From NCBI GenBank assembly GCA_050613775.1, contig JBODTK010000010.1, positions 682,001 to 746,000 of the forward strand: a stretch of DNA of 64,000 bases. The letters are read 5' to 3'. The notes under the pieces were generated by a model that was not told the origin of the DNA, ran no database searches, and saw nothing but the letters and a program-made list of their open reading frames with translations. Below, piece by piece: positions 1 through 11,745 of this stretch. A program made the position numbers and the translations under genes. Each line of letters opens with the position of its first letter. The stretch's first letter is position 1. The stretch comes from Neocallimastix sp. 'constans' (Eukaryota).

Positions 1-1349
1 TGAATATGTAAATAATATTAATATAAGTTTGATATTGATAATATAAAGTTAGATAATAATATAAATATTTAATATAAATAAAATATAAGAATTAAATATT
101 GCTAAATATTATAATTTATAATTAAAATATAATATGTAGAAATTAATTTAATATGACAATCACGTGTTTACATTATTTAATATATATTAAATTCAATATG
201 TTAATAATATTTAGTAATTAGTTGGCCTAGACTAATTCCTAAATATTTTAATAAAGTTAATTTAATAATAATTATTATATTATTATTATTTATTAATATT
301 GAAATTCAAATAACTGAATTATCGAAATTGAAATTGAATTGAAATTCAGTTATTATCTTAACATTTACTAAATTGTACTTTCCTATATTCTTCATAACCT
401 AAACCTCATTGTAAATTTAATTTATTTTGATATAAATTAATTTTAATTTGTAAATAATGTAAATAAATTTTAATTAATCACTTTATTGTTATATTATTAA
501 ATATATGTATATATTAAAATACAATTGTAAATATTAAAATTATACTTTTAAGATACTAAATTATTAAAACTATTAATTAAATATTATTATAAAAATTATT
601 ATAAAATTATTAAAATTATTAATTAAATATTATTCTAAAAATTATTATAAATTATTAATATTATAAAATTATTAAAATTATTAAATATTATTATAAAAAT
701 TTATATATTATAACTATTAAATATTATTATAAAATTATTAAGATTATTAATTAAATTTATTATTAAAAATTATTATTAAAAATTTTACTTATTATAAAAA
801 TTATTATTTAAATATTATCAAATTTATTAATTAAATATTATAAAAATTTTATTTTATTTTGAAAATAATTACAAGTATTATTTAAAATAATTAAAGATTA
901 TTAAATTTATTATATTAATCTTTAAAAACAATTTATTTAACTTAAAAATATCAAAGAAAATAGTAAAAACTATTTTCTATATATTTATTTTATAATTATT
1001 TTTAATTAAATTATATTTGAATATTATATTATTATATTTATAAAAATTAAAACAAAAATGAATTATTGATATAAAATTAATTCAATAATTCTATAAAATT
1101 ACTTAAATTATAAACAATTAATTATACTTTAAATTTATAAAAAAATATAAATATTGTAACAATTTCTTAAAAAAAATTAAATATGTGTACTTTAAATAAA
1201 AAGTTTTATATTAATAAAAAAAAAATAAATAAATAACTTTTAAAAAAAGAATTTTTTTTTTTTTTTATTTAAAATCAAAGCAGGGTAATACCCGTCCCCC
1301 CCTGCTTGATTTTAAATATCTAAGTGTCAACCCCGAGTCTACCAACTCT

Positions 1350-2199
1350 TGTTACGATACAAATAATAAATAAAAAATAAATAAAAAATTAAATAAACTA
1401 TTAAGATTAATTAATAAATAAATAAGAATAAATACTAAAGTATTAAAATATATAATAAGGAAATTAAATAATGTATAAATAATTAAATTATTTAAAATAA
1501 TGTATTAATTGTATTTATTTAATATTGTAATAGTAAACAATTAGATATTTTATTATAAATAATTAAAATTATATTTATTATTATTTTATATTTTTATTAT
1601 AAAATTTTTATTATACTTTATTATATTTTTATTATTATCTTATATTAAATATTATATTAAAATTATATTTTATTATATTTTATTATTATAAAATTATTAT
1701 ATTTTTGTTATTATATTTTTATTATATTTTATATTTTTATTTTTATTTTTACTCCAATCAAATAAATGTTTTAATGATATAAAAAGAACAAAGTAAAACA
1801 ATACTTTAGTTCTTCCTCTTCTTTCAACTTTATTTTTATATTTTTCTTTTAATTTTTCAAGAATGAAATAGTAAATATTTAGTATTAGTATTAATAAATA
1901 ATTAAATAAATAATTATATAAAATTAAATTGTTCTCTAGTTTAATTGATTAGTTTTGTTTTTGTGTTTTATTATAGTTAAAGATAAAAATAATTTTGGTT
2001 AGTTTAAATATTTAGTTTGTTTTGGTAATTTATTTTTAACTTAGAGATAAATTTTATTAAAATATTTATTTAGGTTATTTATATTAGAATAGTTAAAATA
2101 ATATTTATTTTGTTAGTGAAAAATTAAATTTTTAATTATTAGAATATATTATTTTTTTTTTATAATCTTCAATTCTGTACCACTCTACGATTCGTTACA
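1350..2199 (-). mobile_element. Putative LTR (850 bp) followed on the minus strand by a PBS-like sequence
   Basis: Termini TGTTACGA (1350) and TCGTTACA (2199) form a 7/8 inverted repeat with TG...CA ends. On the minus strand it is followed after 5 nt by TGGTAGACTCGGGG (1344-1331). No partner LTR in the window. Confidence 0.45.
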
Positions 2200-3206
2200 T
2201 GTGTAAAATAAAATACTTATCAAGTCTAGGTTTGTGGCTATTCTAAACTAACTTTACTACACTAATAACACTATATCTTAAACCTCTATTATTTAATTAA
2301 TTATTTTCTTTTTTAATTTCTTTTATTTATTTATTTTATTTATTAACTAATTTTCAACAACCACTTAACTGGGTAACGCAGGGTCCTTTCCGGAGTTCCC
2401 ACTAGCAGTTAAGATTTTACAAACTATAATATAATTGATTTATAAGAAAGTAACTATTCTAATAATAGTTACGAAACTAATAATAAAATTTAAATTTTCC
2501 TATTACTATACGATTTTCCTATTCTATACGATTTTCCTATTCTATACGATTTTCCAACTATCGTTCAATAGTTGAAAAATTAACTCTTTTTATACTTTTT
2601 CAAAATAAAATTTTAAATCAAAATAAATTTTAATAAATTATATAAACATATTATTTTATATTATCAATTACATTATATAATAAATTACATGAAATGTTAT
2701 GAATTATTTTAATATAAATCCTATTTAAAACTATCTAATTTTTCTAAAATTTTCTATGAAGAAAATTTAGAGTTTAATTCATTAATTATATGATTAAATA
2801 TATTCTATCCATATATTTAATTTAAATTTTGCCAAGTTGTGAAAACCAATTTACTAAACCACAACTTGCTATTTTTATTTTTAGAATTTCTATAATTTAA
2901 AAGACAAGTAAACAAAACGGCAAGTTTTTGTAAACAAACGGAAAAGGCAATATTCCTTTAATTATTTTAATTTAACTAATTAATGACTAATTATTTTTTA
3001 ATTTATGAAGTTTCGTGATTCAACTGAGTAATTGTTACGTAAATTCTCCAAATAATTTAGTCATAAATTTTTGAGAAAATTATTTAAATTAATAATTTGG
3101 AATACATTTAAATTTATATTAAAAATTTGGAAAACATTTTTATCCACAATAATTTACATTACATTACATTTAAATACGTATTCAAATTATTAAATATTTT
3201 ACAACA
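2200..3206 (-). mobile_element. Putative 3' LTR downstream of the chromovirus ORF; left boundary uncertain (2200, possibly 3033)
   Basis: The minus strand reads a hairpin (GATTCG...CGAATC), then purine tract GGAGGAGGACCA, then TGTTGTAAAATA from 3206. An imperfect inverted copy TGTGTAAAATA lies at 2200. Confidence 0.5.
2494..2555. repeat. 18-bp tandem repeat (ATTTTCCTATTCTATACG) x3.4 inside the putative LTR
   Basis: Read directly; the first unit has one extra base. Confidence 0.9.
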
Positions 3207-3218
3207 TGGTCCTCCTCC
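3207..3218 (-). promoter_or_regulatory. Polypurine tract of an LTR retrotransposon
   Basis: Minus-strand GGAGGAGGACCA immediately before TG, about 400 bp downstream of the chromodomain stop. Confidence 0.65.
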
Positions 3219-3418
3219 AGGATTCGGATACCAGACGAATCTTAAAGTTAAACTAGACTACAATGAATAAATAAAATATTTAAGTGTGAATTTCTTTTTT
3301 GCTTAATAGTATAAAATAATAAAAATAATAATACATGATATTAATAAGTAATTACATGAAATAACATATTTAATAATTATTTTTGTTACATGATATTAAT
3401 AAAGTTTATAGTTATTAT

Positions 3419-3471
<53 letters not shown>

Positions 3472-3622
3472 AGTTATAAAATAATATAAAGGAAAAATTA
3501 GGTTTTAACAATAATAATAAGTTTAATATTAATAATTTAAGAATATAATTTAATCATATAATTATATAATATACTATAAAATTTAAAGTTTAATAGAGAT
3601 TCATTTTCTAGTTTAAGTTATT

Positions 3623-5919
3623 TTAATTATTTTTATTGAATTTTTTCAAGAGTTTGGGGCAATTAAGATTTTCCTCAGGTTCCCAAGAAGCTTCTGAAAG
3701 CGGATATCCTTTCCATTTTATCAAGTATTGGATTTTCCCATAATGAGTTCGTTTGTCTAATATTTGTTCAACTTCGTACTCTTCTTCGTTGTTAATGATA
3801 ATTGGTGGTGGTTCTTGGTTTCTTCCAAACTTATCTTCAAAGTACGGTTCAAGGTCAGAGACATGCATGATTGGATGAATCCTAAGATTTTTTGGCAAGT
3901 CAAGTTTATACGAAACAGGAGATATTTTGCTTAGGATTTTAAAAGGTCCTAATTTTCTTGGTTTAAGCTTTTTGTTACCATTCTTTATAATTAGGGAACT
4001 ATTGATCCAAACTTTGTCATTTTTCTTGAATTCAGGTGGTTCCATACGATGCTTATTGGCATATTTCTCTTGTTTTTCAATTGCTATTTTAATATTTTCT
4101 TTTAATTCCTTGGTTAATTCTGCAAGGTTTTTAACAAGTTCTTCTGCTCTAGGTACTTCAACATTTGTGGGGACTTCGGGAGAATGTCTGGGATTGAATC
4201 CATAATTAGCGAAGAAAGGTGAATGATTAGTGGATTCTTGAATGGTGTTATTATAGCTAAATTCTGCTAAGTAAAGGAAGTCATTCCAATTAGATCCTTT
4301 GAAATTTGTATAGCATCTTAAGTATTGTTCGATAACGGAGTTCACCCTCTCCGTTAAACCATTTGTTTGGTGATGAAATGGATATATTGGGCCGTAATAT
4401 AAATTAGTGTTTGGTTTCAAATTAATTTCACAATCATATTGTCGATGAGGGTGTAGCATGTTCGCAGCGACTTCAATAAAAGCATCCATAAATGAGGATA
4501 ATTTAGTTGGTAAAAGATAGATAACATTTTTATTGTCTTCGTTGGGTTCCTTGTGTTGGTTCTTAGTATTATTAATTATTTCATTAGATATTTTTTCTTC
4601 TGAATTGTTAATTTCTTCAATTTTTTGGCTGTCCGAATTATCAGAATTTTTTGGAATTTCGTTTATTAAATTGCATGAAGGAATGAAGGTTGTATAAGTA
4701 TTTGGAATAACGAGACAATTATTAATACAATATTTTGAATTAAAATGAAGTGTTTTAGAAGAGAAATCTATTGTTGGATTATGAGTAGAGAGCCATTCAG
4801 CGCCAAGAAGAGCACAATAAGAAGGTAAATCGACGACATAAAACTTAGTTTTACAATTGTGATTTTTATAGCGGATCGAAATTGGCAAAGTTTCCCCGAG
4901 AATTTTCTGAGTACCACCAATTCCTCCTACTTCAGGATGAATGGTTTCGGATGAATAAGGAATGTTATTTTCATTGGCAAAGTAGACATCCATAAGATTA
5001 AGTTGAGAACCTGAATCTAGAAGAATCTTAGTTTTGACTGATGATTTTAAAACATTGAGAGTGAATTCAAATATAGGAAGACTCAAATTTTGTTGATCTG
5101 AGATTCTTGATCTTTCTTTGGCCTTTGGTTCAGGATTAGTAATATGAGAAGTGCTTGAGGGTGATTTTTTCTTATTTTTGAGTGGACAATTGCCTAGAGT
5201 ATGATTTGAGGATCCACAGTATAAACAGAGGTTTTCTCTTTTTCTTCTTTCTTTCTCTTCGTCGGATAGGGGTCCATAATGTTTAGAATTCGAACCTTTC
5301 TTATAAAAATTCCATCTTTTCTTATTAGAATTGTTGTTATTAAGGTTATTGTTTGATCGATTTTGATTATTTGTAAATTGCCTATGGGCTGATAGACGGC
5401 CATCTATTCTGGAAGCTATAGTTTGCATAGCAGTAAGAGATCTTGGACCAGGGAACATTTCCAGAATTCTTGTAGCGATTTGATCATTTAAACCAACAAG
5501 AAATGCGTCCATTTTCGCTTCTTCGTTCCAAGATGACTCGTCGGCATAAGAGTTGAATTCGAGTATATAGCTTCTAATGTCGCCTAACCGTTTTTGTCTT
5601 ATAGTTCTGAGTTTCTGATTTGCAATGAATGTTGAGTCATAACTCCCATATACAGATTTCATTCTTTCTATTATACTGAAAAAAGCTCATACCAATCTAA
5701 GAAATTTTCTTTATTTAATACGAAATCTTTAATTTCAAAAACAGATTTAGTTATATTTCCATAATATTTGTTTATGATAATCCTTTTATCATTGGATTCA
5801 TCATCTTCATATGAAGAAATCGATTCATCGTCCTTATTTTCAGTTGGATTCGATGAACTCGAACTCTCTTCAATATGATTATTATTGTTATTCTTTCTTT
5901 TAGCCATTCTTTGGAACAT
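3623..5919 (-). mobile_element. Ty3/Gypsy chromovirus gag-pol relic: Gag, CCHC knuckle, aspartic protease, C-terminal integrase and chromodomain; RT/RNase H deleted
   Basis: [14 protein letters not shown] zinc knuckle, LLDSGS protease site, [12 protein letters not shown] integrase, GPF motif and EYEVEQIL...YLIKWKGY...SWEPEENL chromodomain. The Gag N-terminus is split off as ORF 5671-5919. Confidence 0.95.
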
Positions 5920-6021
5920 TAATATAAAATAATTAATTATATTATAAAGTCATTAAAATCATTAAAATGTTTTAAAAATTAAAATTAATAATAGGTCTCT
6001 TGATATATGAGACTCTTAATC

Positions 6022-6264
6022 TGTTAAGGAGTCAATATAAGATATGATGTGTACACAACAAAATGTATTATTATTTAATTAAATTTTATTTATTATTTAT
6101 TAATTTATATGATTTAAAAAAGTATTTAAAAAGACTCAAAATATTAATTTCATAAAAAATTTTTCTTTTTATATTTTACATACAAATTATTACTTAATCA
6201 AATATTATAAATATTTATAATACTTTAATGTACAAAAGTTTAAATATTATATTGAACTTTAACA
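6022..6264 (-). mobile_element. Putative 5' LTR (243 bp) of the chromovirus
   Basis: TGTTAAGGAGTCAATATAA...TTATATTGAACTTTAACA gives ~20-bp imperfect terminal inverted repeats with TG...CA, ~100 bp upstream of gag. Short hairpins span the LTR/leader junction (5994-6033) and there is no TGG tRNA-type PBS. Confidence 0.6.
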
Positions 6265-6569
6265 TTAGCTAATGTATATAATAATTATAAATAGATAATT
6301 GTTTAATTAATTATTTTACCTTTTTTGAGGTTCATTAAGGGAGGATTATGTAAATTCTCATGGTTCCAAGAGGGTGATGGTATTTTACTTATCAATGTTG
6401 TGGACTAAAAATTCTGTCAAAAATTGTCAATAAAAGAATTTCGGTCTTATTTTAAAATTTTTATTTTAATATTAGTTTCCTTTGTCTTTAGTTCAGCTTT
6501 TTACTATACACCTTTAATTAGGATCTAATAAAATAAAAAAAAAAAAGAACATTGAAAAAAGCTCCAATT

Positions 6570-6712
6570 AAATGTGGATCCTTATGAAAAAGGCAAACTA
6601 CTATCCTTGTTGTGGTGTAAGTAACCGCATTCCTTGCTATTTACACATTGGATACTTTTATGTCATAAATTTGAAGAGTTTTTGGCAACAATTCATTCAA
6701 TCGGTTAAATGG

Positions 6713-6750
<38 letters not shown>

Positions 6751-6936
6751 TATATATACGTACTATATCTCCTTTCTTAGAGGAAACACAGTATATGAAA
6801 TCTTAAAAGATCGACATCGACTCGGGGGAGGAGAAGGTAAAGAAAGAAGGCGTTTTATTAGCCAGTCTTTTTTTCTTTATTTCATATATATATATATATA
6901 TTTTTAAAAATATTATTAAAAAAAGTTCATTTCTAG

Positions 6937-6980
<44 letters not shown>
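6570..6980 (+). mobile_element. Decayed LINE 3' fragment ending in poly(A)
   Basis: Frameshifted PCCGVS...HWILLCHKF zinc-knuckle remnant and FLRGNTVY resemble CPCCGIS...H*IFAC and LLGGRSVY of the LINE at 31.7-31.9 kb. A42 tract at 6939-6980. Confidence 0.55.
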
Positions 6981-6981
<1 letters not shown>

Positions 6982-7504
6982 GTGAATAGTAATGAATAAT
7001 AAATGAAATATTGTTTATATCATTAAATTAAAATAATAAATAACTCATATAATTTTAAATATGTCACTTTATTTATTTATTTATTTATTTATTTCTATTT
7101 TTATTTTATTTTATTTTTTTTTATCTTTTTAAATTGCAAATATATATATGGAGAAATAAAGAAAAAGAAAAAGAAAATAAATAAATAAATAAATAACAAA
7201 TAAATAAATAATAAATAAATAATAAATAAATAATAAATAAATAATAAATAATAAATAATAAATAAATAAATATTAAATAAATATATAAATAAAGGAATAA
7301 TAAATTAAAAGGAAAAAGATGAATAAATTAAATGGATATATTTATTTTTAAAAATGTATTTTTGATATTATATATATATATTGTTTATAAATATATATGT
7401 TTCATTTTTCACTTTTTAATTTCTTTTCTTTAATTTATTAAAAAATTAAAAAATCATAAAAAAAAAAAAAAGAAAAACAAATAGATTAATCAATTATTAT
7501 TTAT

Positions 7505-9681
7505 TCATCTATATCTCCTTGGACTTCTACTTCTATATCTATCTCTTGAGGATCTTCTATCATATCTTCTATAATCATGATGATCTCTATTATGACTTCT
7601 TTCACGATCTCTGTCTCTACTACTACGACTTCTTTCACGGTCTCTATCACGACTTCTATCTCTATCGTGACTACCATGTCGATAGTTATGGTCTCTTCTA
7701 TGATCTCTACTTTTATTTAATTTTTCAATCAATTCCTAATTATTATTTATTTAATTATTTAATTATTTAATATTTTATATTAAATAATAAAATATAATAA
7801 CAAAGAATTAATAAATATTTGTATAGATTTTAAATATTATTATGAATTATTATGATATTATATATAAATAATCAAATTATAATGAGTTATATTATTAAAA
7901 TAAATTTGTTTATTAATATTAGATAAATTACTTTATTTTGTTCTAATGCTTCTCTGATTCTTTTATATCCTGAATGTTGTTTTCCTTGTAAATGTGCATC
8001 AAGTCTTTGTGAACTATCATTAACAACTAATATTGCACCACATACCTCACATACTTCCATTGGTTTTTTAACTTTTGGATCAACTTTTTCACCCTATTAA
8101 AAATATTAAAATCAAATATATTTATATTATTTAAAATAGAATAAAACAATTAATAATTATTAAATGAAATAAAAAATAAAAAAAAAAAAAAAAAATTAAC
8201 AAAAAAAATAAACTTATCACGTATTAATGTTAATAATAATAAAAATAATAATAATAATAAAAAAAAAAAATGGAGTTATATTTTATACGATTAAATAAAC
8301 CGATATACATAATATATATATATATATATATATATTTAAAATATATTTATTAACCTTTAAAGTTGCTAATTCAGTATTTTTATCTTCCAATAATTTTAAT
8401 TGCTTTGCAGCTTCTTTTATATTTCCAGATTTTCCAGCTTTTTCTATTTCTTTTACTATCGTTTCAATTTTATCTTCTAGCAATATAGTTTTTTCTTCTC
8501 TTTCATCTTTACTGGTTGCCTTTAATAATAATTAAATATACATAATTGAAAAAATATATATAAATTTAAATAAATAAAAATATTTAGAATATTATTTTAA
8601 ATATAATATCTAATCTTAAATATGCATTTTTTAATTATCATGATTATTACTCTTTAAAAAAATATACTTTATAAAATAATTTAAATAAATTTTAATTTTA
8701 TTTTTTATAACTTACAGATTCTTCTATTTTCATTTCAACTCTTTCTTTTCCTCTTTTTATCTTTCTATCTAAATCATTAATTAAGGATTGCAAATATTCA
8801 TAAAAATCTCTTTCCCAACCGTAACGATCATTTTCTGAATTTTTTAAATATCTATTAAATAGAATATACATTAATTCAATTTTAAATTAATAATGATTAT
8901 TAATTACTTTTTATATATAAATTATTTGAATTTGAAATTTCCTGTTTATATTAATAATTAATTTTAATTGTCATAAAATATAGAAAATTACTCTTCTCTT
9001 AAATGTTCATCATGAATTTTATCACATGGACCTTAATAATTATATTATACAATATTAATAATTAATTTGTTAATTGCCTTTTATTATTATAAATATAAAT
9101 TTACATAAATCTATACTTAAAAAATACCTAAATCCGATTTAGTATTAACAAAAAGTTCACTTGGACAAAAACCTCCAGCTAGATAATGTTTACATACCTA
9201 TATTAATAGATATATAATATTAGAAAAAATAATTCATTGTTTAAGTTTTAGAGCAAATTTTATTTATTATTAAAATTCTAATAGATAAAGTACATCGTTA
9301 TTTTTATTTATTTTATTTTTATTATATTTTATTTTTATTATATTTTATTTTATTTCATTTTTTTTATTTTTATTTTTCATAATAATATTAAAGAAATATT
9401 TACATATAAAATGATTTATACAATTATTTTTTTAAATATTCCTATAAAAATCTAATATATATTTTGTTAATTTTTTTTTAATTATTATTACAATTATATA
9501 TATATATATACTTTTTTTTCTTATTTTTTAAAAATTAATATTCCAATATAATAAAAAATAATAATAAAATAATTTATATTTAAATTATATAAAAATTTAC
9601 TTCATCATCTGTAAAACTTCGCTGACTAGATGGCATGTAAGGATTCATTAATCCTTTTAAAATTTGTCTTTGGAAATCCAT
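7505..9681 (-). CDS. LUC7: U1 snRNP-associated splicing factor Luc7 (about 7 exons)
   Basis: Exons translate to MDFQRQILKGLM, VCKHYLAGGFCPSELFVNTKSDLG, PCDKIHD, MEVCEVCGAILVVNDSSQRLDAHLQGKQH and an RS/RD-rich tail, with GT-AG introns. Confidence 0.93.
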
Positions 9682-10058
9682 TTTTTTAAATTAATTGTAA
9701 ACTTTTGATATTTAAATATTTTTTATTATTTCCAAAGATATTACTAGAACTTATTATAATATTATTATTTATTATTTTCTTTTAAAATAGTTAATTTTTA
9801 ATGGAAATAGGTTAATTCCAAAAAAAATTCAAGAATTTAATAGTTTAAATAGAAAGTAGATGAATTTTTAATTTTAAAATATATATATAATTTTTTTATT
9901 TTTAAATTAAAAATCGAATTTCTTTATAAATAATTATAAATTAAAACATTTGTGGTTACATTAAAGAATTAAAAAAAAATTTTTTTTATGTATTTTAATA
10001 TTATTCAAATTTTATTTAACGGTCATTGGATGATCCTCAAATTGGAAAGTTTTTATAT

Positions 10059-10276
<218 letters not shown>

Positions 10277-10582
10277 GTACAAAAACATTCAAATAATGAA
10301 TATTTTTCCAAAAAAAAAAAAAAAATTTAGGTAAAGTTTTAAGTTATGATTAACATTAGTAATGTAATGGACATTAAAAAAAATTTTTTTTAAATAATTA
10401 ATTTTATATTTATATTTATATATAAAAAGAAAATGAATGATAATAATATTAAATACCTTTTTTTTTTTTTTTTTTTTTTTATAAATATATTTGAATTTGT
10501 TATTTATTTATTTTACTTATAAATTATTATTATTTTTTGTTTTATAATAGATAAATTTATAAAATATTTAATGCTATTAATT

Positions 10583-10614
<32 letters not shown>

Positions 10615-10748
10615 CTTTTTTTTTTTGATAATAAATAATTTAATTGCTATTTATTTGTATTTTTTTTTCTACTATTTTATTTTTTTTTCTTATTTTTATG
10701 TATTTATTTTATATTATTATATTATTATTATTATTATTATTTTTATTA

Positions 10749-10783
<35 letters not shown>

Positions 10784-11078
10784 TTTAATTATATTTTTAA
10801 ATTTCTAATATACTTAAAAAAAGATATATTTTTAGTAATGTTATAATTTTATTATTATTATTATTTTAATATTAATTTTTATTTATTTATTGATTTTTAT
10901 TTTTATTTGATCATAATTAACATATATATATATATATTTAATTTATATTATATAACCTTAAAATTATTATTATTATTTTTAATTGTGTTTATTATTTTTT
11001 CTTTTAATATTTTTTATTTATTTATTAAATTTTTTTGGGGTTTAAATTTTTAATAAAGATAATAATAAAAAATCAAAA

Positions 11079-11700
11079 TTATGTATATTTTGTAAAATCG
11101 AGTATAGCTTCCAAATTATTATCCTTTGAATTGATAATACTGTTATTCAAATTTCTAGGATTCATTCGTTCGGGAGATTTAGCTCTATTATAGATTGAAT
11201 TAGAATTACCATGATAATTCGATCCATTATTTCCATTATTTAATGAGTTAAAACTGTCATTCGAGGATGAAGAAATAATAGAAGCAGTAGATATAGAATG
11301 CTGTGGATTACCTCTTTTGTGATTAGGAGCTGGTGAATTTGTTGAACTATTAGGTGTTAGAGCTGAATTAATATGATGAGATAAGCTTAATGATGTTTTT
11401 GGTTGGTTTTTACTATGTAGATGCTTATATTGGGAATGAAGAGAACTTTGGCTATTATTTGCACTTGCCATTACTGAATTAGGAGGAGGATTTAATCCTT
11501 TTTGTTTTTTTTTTTTTTAAATATTTAAATTATTATTATATATTATTATATATGTTAAAAAAAATATTTTTAAATTATTTAATTTATATAAATATGTAAA
11601 TAACATAATATATTATAATAAAATAAATAAATAAATAAATAAATAAAAGTTATTTTCCTTTTATTTTTATTTTTTAATTTTTTAATTTTTTAATTTTTTA

Positions 11701-11745
<45 letters not shown>

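Noticed and set aside
2494..2555. Short direct repeats as a possible CRISPR array (also 19921-20011)
   Set aside because: There are no spacers, no cas genes, and the context is eukaryotic.
3927..4205. Antisense or alternate-frame ORFs over real genes and elements (e.g. 3927, 12279, 13110, 15348, 22466, 42302-42958, 54806-57592, 61702-62666)
   Set aside because: They are shadows of the true reading frame with no independent motifs.
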